A stretch of DNA of 64,000 nt from Candidatus Eiseniibacteriota bacterium (GTDB lineage: Bacteria; Eisenbacteria; RBG-16-71-46; CAZAMP01): contig OZ245046.1 in NCBI GenBank assembly GCA_965224245.1, positions 5,600,001 to 5,664,000 of the forward strand. Reading direction: 5' to 3'. A program made the position numbers and the translations under genes. Shown in pieces: positions 29,798 through 38,346 of this stretch; position 1 is the first letter of the stretch, and each line of letters starts with the position of its first letter. The notes below the pieces were generated by a model, which had not been told where the DNA came from, searched no databases, and worked only from the letters and a program-made list of their open reading frames with translations.

Positions 29798-30345
29798 GAT
29801 GCACCCCTCAGTCGACGGTGTTGATCATCAGAGGACCGGCCGATCCGAACGCACGGCGCCGCGTCATCAGACGGCGCCGACGGAGATCGACCGGCGAACG
29901 CCATCGCCCGGGGCGTGCGCGGCGAAGGAACCGGGGCAGCTGCTCGATCCAACGGGGGGAGAGCTCGGCCGACCTGGGGCTGATCGACGTGAGAAAGTTA
30001 CCGGAATCGCCCGCCGAAGTCAAGCATAAATCAATACGTGACAATATGTTAACGAGTCCTTCGTCACGAAGCTCCAGGACGGCCGCGCACGGATCGACCT
30101 CATCGATGTCGGGGGATGCCTCGTTGCACCCGTGTTCGACGGCCCGCTACACCCGGGTGCAACCGTCGTGGAGATTCCGAGGGGACGCCTGGATCCGGTC
30201 ACCCGAGGCGGCGTCCATCCTCCGGTGATGGAGTCCGCAAGGGTATGGGCTTCGACCGAGCTCCTGCAGCTCGAGTGAAGCGATGTCCCGGGCGGCACCA
30301 GGCTCTCCCTCGCAAACGAGCACACGTTGCCGGTACCATCCCCGC

Positions 30346-31155
30346 ATGACGAACCGTTTCACGACGGCGATCGTTCGCCGGCCCTGCGAGGCGTTCGGTG
30401 ACGGACTCAGCACGGCGGCACTCGGCGCGCCCGACTACGCGCGGATGTGCGAGCAGCACCGCGCGTACGTCGCGGCGCTCACCGGCGCCGGCGTTCGCGT
30501 GACCGTGCTCGATCCCCTGCCCGAATGTCCCGATGCGCACTTCGTCGAGGACGCCGCGGTGATCCTTCCGGAGCTCGTCGTGGCCACGCATCCCGGGGCA
30601 CCGGCCCGGCGGCCCGAGGTGGCGCCGATGGTGGATGCGCTCCTGACGCACCGGGTCGCCGTGGACGAGGCCCGCGCCGGGCACGGCGAGGCGCGACCGC
30701 TCGCGCGAATCGAGGCCCCGGGAACGCTCGACGGCGGCGACGTGCTCGTGATGGGACGCCGCGCGTTCGTCGGTCTCTCGACCCGGACCAACGCCGAGGG
30801 GGCCCGGCAGCTCGCGGCGCACGTCGCCCCGTACGGCTACTCGACCCATCCGATCCCGATCCAGACCGGGCTTCACCTGAAGGCCGCGGTCAACGCGATC
30901 GCCGACGACGCGATCATCGGCTGGGCCGACGTCGTGTCCCGCCGCGAGTTCGACGCATACGACCGCGTCGTCGTCGAGGCACGGGATGCCTACGCAGCAA
31001 ACTGCCTCCGAGTGAACGACGTCGTTCTGGCGCCGATCGCCTATCCCAGAGTCGGGGAGGCACTGGCGCGCCGCGGACTGACCGTCCGCGCGCTGGACAC
31101 GAGCGAGTCCGAGAGGATGGACGGCGGGCTCACCTGCCTGTCGCTGCGTTTCTAA
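30346..31155 (+). CDS. Dimethylarginine dimethylaminohydrolase / amidinotransferase family protein
   Basis: PDAHFVED, LDGGDVL, LHLK and C-terminal DGGLTCLSLRF carrying the catalytic Cys. Confidence 0.92.
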   Translation: MTNRFTTAIVRRPCEAFGDGLSTAALGAPDYARMCEQHRAYVAALTGAGVRVTVLDPLPECPDAHFVEDAAVILPELVVATHPGAPARRPEVAPMVDALLTHRVAVDEARAGHGEARPLARIEAPGTLDGGDVLVMGRRAFVGLSTRTNAEGARQLAAHVAPYGYSTHPIPIQTGLHLKAAVNAIADDAIIGWADVVSRREFDAYDRVVVEARDAYAANCLRVNDVVLAPIAYPRVGEALARRGLTVRALDTSESERMDGGLTCLSLRF

Positions 31156-31173
31156 CCGATCGAGGAATGCCAC

Positions 31174-31539
31174 ATGCCCACGCTGATCGCCCATCCGACC
31201 CGCATCACGGCCGCCGGGAACAAGCCGAAGGTCATCGACGAGTACGTCGGCCGCGTGAACACCGAGACCGACGCCGTCAGCATCGCGCACATGCGAAGCC
31301 CCGGGGGCTGGGTGGAGCCCGGCCAGCGCCCGACGTTCGAGGAGGTCACGATCGTCCTCGCGGGCGTGCTGTGCGTCGAGACCGAGTCCGAGACGATCGA
31401 GGTGCGAGCCGGGCAGGCCGTGGTCGCCCATCCTGACGAGTGGGTGCGCTACAGCACGCCCGAGCCCGGGGGAGCGGAGTACGTCGCGGTGTGCGTGCCG
31501 GCGTTCTCGCCCGAAACCGTGAATCGCGACGACGGCTGA
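31174..31539 (+). CDS. Cupin domain protein
   Basis: AAGNKPKVIDEYVGRVN, WVEPGQRPTFEE and EWVRYSTP...YVAVCVPAFSP, a conserved small cupin pattern. Confidence 0.88.
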   Translation: MPTLIAHPTRITAAGNKPKVIDEYVGRVNTETDAVSIAHMRSPGGWVEPGQRPTFEEVTIVLAGVLCVETESETIEVRAGQAVVAHPDEWVRYSTPEPGGAEYVAVCVPAFSPETVNRDDG

Positions 31540-31552
31540 TCGGCCCGCCGGG

Positions 31553-32341
31553 TCACTTCACGAGACGGCGCCGCATCAGGTGGATCGCCACCACCGTGAG
31601 CGCGGCGCCGAGCACGAGGATGTACGCGACGCTCACGTCCCAGTGGGGCGGCAGCACGCCGAGCGTTGCCCCGCGCACGAGAAACGACACGTGCGTCAGC
31701 GGAAGCGCCAGTGCGATGGCCATGGCCCAGGGCGGCAGGATGTCGATCGGAAAGAACGTCCCCGAGAACAGGAACATCGGGAACACGAGGACGAACATCG
31801 GCACGTTGAACGTGTCGATGTTGGGCGTGAGCGCCGTCGTGATGAGCCCCAGCGCGGCGAACATGAGCCCGCCCGCGACCGCGATCGGGATCACGGCCAC
31901 GCCCGACGGCCAGGCCACGAGGCCGAACGCGGTCATGATCCCCAGCATCAGCGTGGCGGCGAAGAACGCCTTCGTGCCGCCCCAGAGCCACTCGCCCACG
32001 ATCACGTCCTCCACGAGAAGGGGCGTGGCCATGATGGCGTCGAACGTGCGCTGGAAGTACATGCGCACGAAGCTCGAGTACGTGGTCTCGAAGTAGGACC
32101 AGAACATGATGGCCACCGAGATCACGCCGGGCACCATGAAGCGCAGGTAGCGGATCTCCTCGCCCTGGTAGACGACGGTGCCGATCAGGCTCCCCATGCC
32201 GAGGCCGAACGCCAGCACGTACAGGATGGGCTCGAAGAGCGGCGGCAGCACGTTGACCATCCAGGTCGTGCGCGACACGTCGGCGTTCCGCTGCCAGACG
32301 CGCCACGAGCGGCGTGAGACGTTGCGAAGGGCGTCGATCAT
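31553..32341 (-). CDS. ABC-2 type permease (NodJ-like)
   Basis: EPILY..AFGLGMG, RMYFQRTFDAIMATPL and PMFLFSGTFFP motifs. Confidence 0.9.
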   Translation of the reverse strand: MIDALRNVSRRSWRVWQRNADVSRTTWMVNVLPPLFEPILYVLAFGLGMGSLIGTVVYQGEEIRYLRFMVPGVISVAIMFWSYFETTYSSFVRMYFQRTFDAIMATPLLVEDVIVGEWLWGGTKAFFAATLMLGIMTAFGLVAWPSGVAVIPIAVAGGLMFAALGLITTALTPNIDTFNVPMFVLVFPMFLFSGTFFPIDILPPWAMAIALALPLTHVSFLVRGATLGVLPPHWDVSVAYILVLGAALTVVAIHLMRRRLVK

Positions 32342-32381
32342 GTGGCGTCTCCGTGCGATCGGTCTCGCGTCACGGGGCCGG

Positions 32382-33299
32382 TCATTCGCGGAGCGTCCTT
32401 CCGGCTCGATGCAGGAAGACGTCCTCCAGCGTGGCGTGGCGAATGAGTCGCTCCTGATGGGGGAACCGCGCCCCGAGCGTCGCCGACAGGTCCCCGTTCG
32501 CCGCCGGGATCACGAACAGTCGATCCCCGAGATCCTCCACGCGCTCGGCCTGGCTCGTCACGAAGGCCCGGACGTCGTCGGACACGTTCCACAGCTCGAT
32601 GACCTCGCTGCCGATCTCCTCCTCGACGAGCGTCTTGGGATGACCCTCGAGGAGGATCTTGCCCGCGTCGATCAGGATCACCCGGTCGCAGAGCTGCGTC
32701 GCCTCCTCCATGTAGTGCGTGGTGAGGAGCACCGTCGTGCCGTCGCGACGCAGGCGGCGGACCCGGGCCCAGATGAGCTGGCGGGCCTGGGGATCGAGTC
32801 CGGTCGTGGGCTCGTCCAGCACGAGCATCCGGGGTCGATTGATGAGCGCGCGGGCCAGGATCAGGCGCCGCTTCATGCCACCCGACAGCGCATCGATCCG
32901 GGCCGAGGCCTTCTCGCCGAGGGCCATCTCATCGAGAAGCGCTTGCGCCCGTGACTCGGCCTCGCGCCCGGTGATGCCGAAGTAACGAGCGAACACCACG
33001 AGGTTCTGGAGTGCCGAGAAGTCGGGGTCGAGGTTGTCCTCCTGCGGGCAGATGCCGAGAAGCGACTTCACCTCGCGCGGGGCCCGCATGACGTCGTGTC
33101 CGAAAACCCGGATGGTCCCCGCGGTGACCGGGCTGAAGCACGTGAGCATCCTGACCGTGGTCGTCTTGCCGGCGCCGTTGGGGCCGAGGATGCCCACGCA
33201 CTCGCCGGCGTCCACGCGGAAGTCGATCGCGTCGACGGCGGTGAACTCACCGTATCGCTTGACGAGGCCGAGCGCCTCGACCGGCGCGGCGTCGGTCAT
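32382..33299 (-). CDS. ABC transporter ATP-binding protein (NodI-like)
   Basis: GPNGAGKTT, PQEDNLDPD, LSGGMKRRL and LDEPTTGLDPQAR motifs. Confidence 0.93.
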   Translation of the reverse strand: MTDAAPVEALGLVKRYGEFTAVDAIDFRVDAGECVGILGPNGAGKTTTVRMLTCFSPVTAGTIRVFGHDVMRAPREVKSLLGICPQEDNLDPDFSALQNLVVFARYFGITGREAESRAQALLDEMALGEKASARIDALSGGMKRRLILARALINRPRMLVLDEPTTGLDPQARQLIWARVRRLRRDGTTVLLTTHYMEEATQLCDRVILIDAGKILLEGHPKTLVEEEIGSEVIELWNVSDDVRAFVTSQAERVEDLGDRLFVIPAANGDLSATLGARFPHQERLIRHATLEDVFLHRAGRTLRE

Positions 33300-33302
33300 G
33301 GC

Positions 33303-33875
33303 TCAGCGGGCACCGGCGGCGCGCTCCCGGAGACGGCGACAGTGCCAGGCGTGCCGCCGCTCGTGGGTGACGACCAGATCGAACGCCTGCCCGAGGCTGA
33401 GTCGAAGCAGACGCGTCACCGGGGACGCGAGCTTGCCCTGGCCGAGGTGCCGTCCGTCGGCACGCGCGATGAGCTCGCGAATCTCCCGATGCGCCCCGGC
33501 GAGCGCGGCACGTGCATCGGGCACCGTGCGACGCTCGGTCACCGGCTGGAAGCGCCCCGGGGCCTTGGCCTTGAACCGGGGCGGGGGCTCGAGCGCGCGG
33601 ATGAACCGGTTGGCGAGCCATCCGTGCCGGAAGGGCCCGGTTCCGGAGGGAGCCGTCTCGATCGCCCCCGACATGGGAGCCCGGTATTCACCCCACGTCT
33701 GGATCAGGTGATCGAGGTGCTGTGCCATCGACCAGCCGCCGTCCTCGCGCGGCCGGTTCAGCATCTCGTCGTCGCAACCGTCGAACAGCGCATCGAACTC
33801 GGCATCCAGCGCGTCGAGCTGCCGGAGCCGCTCGCGGAGCTCGGGCTCCCGGACGTTCGTCGTGGGGCTCGTCAT
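33303..33875 (-). CDS. DinB/YfiT family protein
   Basis: GWSMAQHLDHL and HERRH metal-binding His motifs; start ATG 33875. Confidence 0.85.
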   Translation of the reverse strand: MTSPTTNVREPELRERLRQLDALDAEFDALFDGCDDEMLNRPREDGGWSMAQHLDHLIQTWGEYRAPMSGAIETAPSGTGPFRHGWLANRFIRALEPPPRFKAKAPGRFQPVTERRTVPDARAALAGAHREIRELIARADGRHLGQGKLASPVTRLLRLSLGQAFDLVVTHERRHAWHCRRLRERAAGAR

Positions 33876-33913
33876 CGGGTGGTGCCTCGCGGCGTGGTCA
33901 TCGCGTCGTCCGA

Positions 33914-34585
33914 TCAGCCGTTGAAGAGTGCGTACAGGCGCTCGCGAATCGTGTCTCGTGCGGCGCGAAACGCGGCCAGCCGCGTCTCGTCGTCGCCTCC
34001 GACCGCCGCGGGGTCGTCGATCGGCCAGTGAATGCGCGGCACCGGCTTCAGAATCGTCGGACACACCTCGTCCGCGCACAGCGTGACCAGCAGCTGCACC
34101 GTGTCCACGTCGACGGCGTCCACTCCCTTCGATCGGAGGCCGTCGGCGGAGAGTCCGAGCTCGCCGAGCACCACGCCGACCTCGGGTCGAAGCGACGTCG
34201 GGTGCGACCCGGCCGAGGACACGGTGACCCCGGCCGGCGCCAGGTGGTGGGCCATGCAGTCGGCGAGCTGGCTACGGGCCGAGTTGGCCACACACATGAA
34301 CAGGATGTGACGCGGCTCGAGCGCATGGGCCAGAGCCGCCTCGATCATCCACCCCCGAGGATCCTGGTTCGCGGGCCCGGTACGGCCCACGATCCGGCCG
34401 TTGATCGTCACCATCGCGCGACCGGGCTCGGGCACCGCGTCGTGCGCGTCGTCCTCGTGCGGGTGGCGCGCCGTGACGTCCACCCCCGGCGCCAGGCGCG
34501 AGACGACGTCGCGCGTCCGCCGCACCGTGGCGTGCTCGTCGACGTCGGCGTCGCCGGCCACCACCACCTCGACGCGCTCGAGCAC
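33914..34585 (-). CDS. arsC: Arsenate reductase ArsC (LMW-PTP type) with an extra N-terminal domain of about 90 aa
   Basis: LFMCVANSARSQ P-loop, SAGS, TLCADEVCP and HWPIDDP motifs. Confidence 0.85.
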   Translation of the reverse strand: MLERVEVVVAGDADVDEHATVRRTRDVVSRLAPGVDVTARHPHEDDAHDAVPEPGRAMVTINGRIVGRTGPANQDPRGWMIEAALAHALEPRHILFMCVANSARSQLADCMAHHLAPAGVTVSSAGSHPTSLRPEVGVVLGELGLSADGLRSKGVDAVDVDTVQLLVTLCADEVCPTILKPVPRIHWPIDDPAAVGGDDETRLAAFRAARDTIRERLYALFNG

Positions 34586-34586
34586 G

Positions 34587-35093
34587 TTACCAGTCCTTGC
34601 CGGCGGCCGCGTCCTCGAGCGAGCCCTCGCCTCTGGCCGCGGCCAGGGCGTTCTCGAGCACGCGCTGCACCTCGGCGGCGTGCTCGGCCCCCTCGTCGCC
34701 GTAGTTGCGCAGAAACGCGAGCTGTTCGAGCGCCGCCTGAACGTGCGCCTCGGCCAGGTACTCGCGCGCGGCGGGAAAGCGCGGCCGGAGCTCCAGCGCG
34801 CGCGTGTAGTTCTTGAACGCCGCCGTCAGGGCGCCGGTCTTGCGCTGCGAGAACGCGAGCAGGTTCAGGATCTCGGGATCGTCCGGCTTGGCCTTGGCCG
34901 CTTTCTCGAGCTTGGCGCGGGCCGCGACGTAGTCGCCGGACTCGGCCAGTGCCTTGGCCTCGTTGAAGAGTTCGGCCGAGGGATCGGCGTCGGATTTCGA
35001 TTCGGTGCCGGCCGCCCATGCCGAGTAGCCACCGACCGCGAGAGCCGTGACCAGCGCGACGACGACCAGACACGAGGCAAAGCGGGTACGCAT
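34587..35093 (-). CDS. Secreted tetratricopeptide-repeat protein
   Basis: Signal peptide; TPR-like helices LNLLAFSQRKTG...YTRALELRP..AREYLAE. Confidence 0.82.
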   Translation of the reverse strand: MRTRFASCLVVVALVTALAVGGYSAWAAGTESKSDADPSAELFNEAKALAESGDYVAARAKLEKAAKAKPDDPEILNLLAFSQRKTGALTAAFKNYTRALELRPRFPAAREYLAEAHVQAALEQLAFLRNYGDEGAEHAAEVQRVLENALAAARGEGSLEDAAAGKDW

Positions 35094-35194
35094 GACGTGC
35101 TTCTCCGTACGAAGAGTCGGTAGGAATCCGGCGCATACGAAAAGCGCCGGGACCAGAGCTCACCCGGTCCCGGCGGATCCTATCACCGCGAGCG

Positions 35195-37114
35195 TCAGCG
35201 CGCGATTACGACCTTGCCGGTGGCGACCTCGATCCCGCCGTCGCCCACGGCGCGGTAGTGATAGACGCCCGGAAGGACGGCGCTGCCGCTGGCCAGCCGT
35301 CCGTCCCAGTGGATCGATCCGGTGCCCGCGTCGACCGTCGTCGCGATGCGGCGCACCAGTCGACCGCGGGCGTCGTGGATCGTGATCTCGAGACGCGTGG
35401 CCACGTCGACCCGGTACGCGAACGACGTTCCCGTCCGTGTCGGGTTCGGATGCGGAGCGGCCACGGCCACCGGGGCACCCGAGGTGGGTGCGTCCACGGC
35501 GAGGAGCCCCCGCTGGAAGCTGAGGAGCTGATCCGCGGAGACGTCGACGTAGATGTCCTCGGAGCCGTCGACCCAGCGAACCCGCAGCTCGTCGACGGTC
35601 GTCGCCGCGCCCAGCCCGAAGTGGGCCTCGAGCGGGAAGCCTGCCACGTAGCTGCGGGCGAAGAGCACGTCGCGACGCAGCGTGCGGTCGCCGATCGTGG
35701 CGTACACCACGGCTCCGGCGGCGTCCGCGTCGGGTCCCAGCCGGACGTGCAGCCAGTGTCCCTGATCGGTGCTGACGTTCTCGTAGAGCCGGCAGGACTG
35801 GTTGATGTTGGTGACCAGGAGATCCTCGTCCCCATCGCGGTCGTAGTCGAACGCGATCACGGCGCGCGAGTCGTCGCCGTCCTCGAGACCGACCGGAGTC
35901 ACCCGCGTGAAGTGTCCCGTGCCGTCGTTCTCGAGATACACCGTGGGTGTCTGGTAGACCGGGGACCCCGGACCCACCGCGAACTCCACATACGTATCGA
36001 ATCCGGTCCCGGCGACGATGTCGAGATCGGTGTCGTTGTCGGCGTCGATGAACACGGTGCCCCAGCCCCAGTAGGTCTGCTCGACGCCACGACTCGCGGC
36101 CTCGTTCACGAAGGTGGCGGCGCCCGACTCGGTGAGCTGATTGATGTAGAGCACGTTGCCGTACCCGAGTCCCATGATGCCGTCGTCGTCGGAGATGTTC
36201 GTCGCGTAGAGGTCGAGGTCGTCGTCGTCATCGAAATCGGCGGCCGCCACGCCCATGTCATTGCCGATGTGGTCGACCCCCACGACGGCGCTCACGTCCG
36301 AGAAGAAGTTGCCGACGCGCCGGTAGAACCGGTCCTTCCGGTGATCGATGGCGACGAAGATGTCCTGATCGAGGTCGGCGTCGAAGTCGGTGAAGATCGG
36401 CGTGAAAGAGTCGATCGCGAGCACGCCGAGGCCGGAGAGCGCCGTCACGTCGCTGAACAGAAAGCTCCCGTTGTTCCGGAAGAGGCGGTTGGAGCCCGGG
36501 AACTGAGCCGGTCCCGCCGAGCCGTACATCGACCAGTTCGTGGTGTAGATGTCGAGGTCGCCGTCGCCGTCGTAGTCGGTGATGGCGGCGCCGCAGTGCA
36601 GCATGCCGTCGGGCGCGAAGCCGGAACCGGCGGTGACGCTGACGAACGTACCGTCGCCGTTGCCCTGCCAGATCTGGCTCGTGCTCTCGGGGCCTGCGCC
36701 GGGTGCGATCCCGTCGTTGACGAGAACCAGGTCGCGCAGACCGTCCCCGTCCATGTCGGCGAAGAACGCCAGGCGCGACATGCCCTGATCGGCCAGGGTC
36801 GGCGGCGTGACGTTGGTGAAGGTCTTCGATCCGAGATCCAGCTCGTTGCGGAAGAGGACGTTGGTGTCGCCCCACTGACCGCAGACGTAGACGTCCAGAT
36901 CCCCGTCGTCGTCGTAGTCCCCGACGGCCGCGCCGTTCCCCATGTTGAGGAACATCATCTCCTGGATGATGCTGCCGTCGATGGATTCGCCGAATGCACA
37001 GACGAATCCGAGCCCCGACGTGGCGGTCACGTCGACGAATGCGGTCTCGGCCCAAACGGTTGCCTGCGGCATCATGAGCAGTGACGCTACAGCAGCGAAC
37101 CAGGTCGACTTCAT
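35195..37114 (-). CDS. CRTAC1 / ASPIC-UnbV family secreted protein with C-terminal FlgD-Ig/T9SS-like domain
   Basis: Repeated DYDxDGDLD motifs; ASPIC-like HFGLG....DELRVRW.DG; tail PHPNP...IHDARGRLVR...WDGR...PGVYHYR. Confidence 0.88.
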   Translation of the reverse strand: MKSTWFAAVASLLMMPQATVWAETAFVDVTATSGLGFVCAFGESIDGSIIQEMMFLNMGNGAAVGDYDDDGDLDVYVCGQWGDTNVLFRNELDLGSKTFTNVTPPTLADQGMSRLAFFADMDGDGLRDLVLVNDGIAPGAGPESTSQIWQGNGDGTFVSVTAGSGFAPDGMLHCGAAITDYDGDGDLDIYTTNWSMYGSAGPAQFPGSNRLFRNNGSFLFSDVTALSGLGVLAIDSFTPIFTDFDADLDQDIFVAIDHRKDRFYRRVGNFFSDVSAVVGVDHIGNDMGVAAADFDDDDDLDLYATNISDDDGIMGLGYGNVLYINQLTESGAATFVNEAASRGVEQTYWGWGTVFIDADNDTDLDIVAGTGFDTYVEFAVGPGSPVYQTPTVYLENDGTGHFTRVTPVGLEDGDDSRAVIAFDYDRDGDEDLLVTNINQSCRLYENVSTDQGHWLHVRLGPDADAAGAVVYATIGDRTLRRDVLFARSYVAGFPLEAHFGLGAATTVDELRVRWVDGSEDIYVDVSADQLLSFQRGLLAVDAPTSGAPVAVAAPHPNPTRTGTSFAYRVDVATRLEITIHDARGRLVRRIATTVDAGTGSIHWDGRLASGSAVLPGVYHYRAVGDGGIEVATGKVVIAR

Positions 37115-37300
37115 ACGGATGACCCCTCTTCCACATGAAACCCACGAGCGTCGCGCACGACTATGTTGTCCGGAGATTTTATCATCGAGTCCTGTGTTCT
37201 GCCCACAGAAGACGCCCGGCTCGGCCCAAGTCGCGGATCTGCGACGAGCGGTCGATCGAACCGACCGCGCGGTCGAATCCGGGGAGGGGCGGGCTTCCGT

Positions 37301-37417
37301 CGGTCGCCGGGGTGCCCGACGGCCCTACGGTCGCCCGGCGCCCGACGGCCCTACGGTCGCTGGGCGCCCGACGGCCCTACGGTCGCCCGGCGCCCGACGG
37401 CTCTACGGTCGCCGGCG
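37301..37417. repeat. Tandem 26-27 bp repeat (four copies plus a partial) overlapping the rarD stop codon
   Basis: Consensus CGGTCGCCCGGCGCCCGACGGCCCTA; units start at 37301, 37328, 37354 and 37380, with a partial at 37406. Confidence 0.88.
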
Positions 37418-38278
37418 AAACGCGTCGGACGTGTAGAGGGCCAGCCCCGACCAGATCAGCGCGAATGCCGCGAGGTGCGACCCCGTGAACGGCTCGCCAT
37501 AGATGAAGACGGCAAGCACGAAGTGACAGGTCGGCGTCAGGTACTGGAGGAGACCGAGCGTCGTGTAGCGGAGCCGGCGCGCCCCGAGCGTGAAGGCCAC
37601 GAGCGGCGCGACCGTGAACGCGCCGGTGGAGGCGAGGATCGCGGCCTCGCCGGGGCGGGACAGCGTGAAGGCGCCGCCGGCCGCCCGCCCGGCCCAGACG
37701 AGGTACGCGAGCGCCGGACCGAACAGCACGGCCAGCTCGACCCCGAGTCCCGCGATGGCGTCGGTCCGCATCACCTTGCGCACGAGCCCGTAGAGTCCGA
37801 ACGATCCGGCGAGAGCGAAGGCGATCCACGGGACGCGCCCCACCCGCACGATCAAGAGGGTGACGCCGGCGGCCGCCAGGAGCACCGCGATCGCCTGTCG
37901 TCGCGAGAGACGTTCGCGCAGAAACACGCCCCCGAGAAGCACGTTGACCAGGGGGTTGATGAAGTACCCGAGGCTGGCGTCCAGGACGTGATCGTTGTTG
38001 ACCGCCCACACGAAGCCGAACCAGTTGATGGAGATCAGGATCGTGCTCGCGGTCAGCCGGATGCGCTCGCGCATGTCGCCCAGCGCCGCCCGCACCTCGT
38101 GCCACCGGCCGAGTACGGTGAGCGTGAGCACGACGAGGGGAAACGACCACACGATCCGATGGGCGAGCGTCTCGGTCGCGGGCACGTGCTGGATCGTCTT
38201 CCAGTAGACCGGCGCGAGCCCCCAGAACGCGAACGCGCCGGCCCCGTACGCGAGTCCGCGGATCGTGGAGTTGGACAT
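37403..38278 (-). CDS. rarD: RarD family EamA/DMT permease
   Basis: WGLAPVYWK, AHRIVWS, ASLGYFINPL and GLLQYLTPT motifs. Confidence 0.93.
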   Translation of the reverse strand: MSNSTIRGLAYGAGAFAFWGLAPVYWKTIQHVPATETLAHRIVWSFPLVVLTLTVLGRWHEVRAALGDMRERIRLTASTILISINWFGFVWAVNNDHVLDASLGYFINPLVNVLLGGVFLRERLSRRQAIAVLLAAAGVTLLIVRVGRVPWIAFALAGSFGLYGLVRKVMRTDAIAGLGVELAVLFGPALAYLVWAGRAAGGAFTLSRPGEAAILASTGAFTVAPLVAFTLGARRLRYTTLGLLQYLTPTCHFVLAVFIYGEPFTGSHLAAFALIWSGLALYTSDAFRRRP

Positions 38279-38346
38279 CGCGTCGGGGCTCCCTCGGTGG
38301 TTGGCGTCGAGCGCGCGGACTGTAGCGTGATACACTCCCGCGCGCC

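Noticed and set aside
30019-30054. True chromosomal dif site
   Set aside because: The spacer between the arms is 14 bp rather than 6; kept only as a low-interest finding.
31553-33299. Nodulation genes nodI/nodJ
   Set aside because: Similarity is family-level only, and no nodABC genes are present.
37301-37417. 26-27 bp repeats as a CRISPR array
   Set aside because: Units are directly adjacent with no unique spacers, and no cas genes are present.
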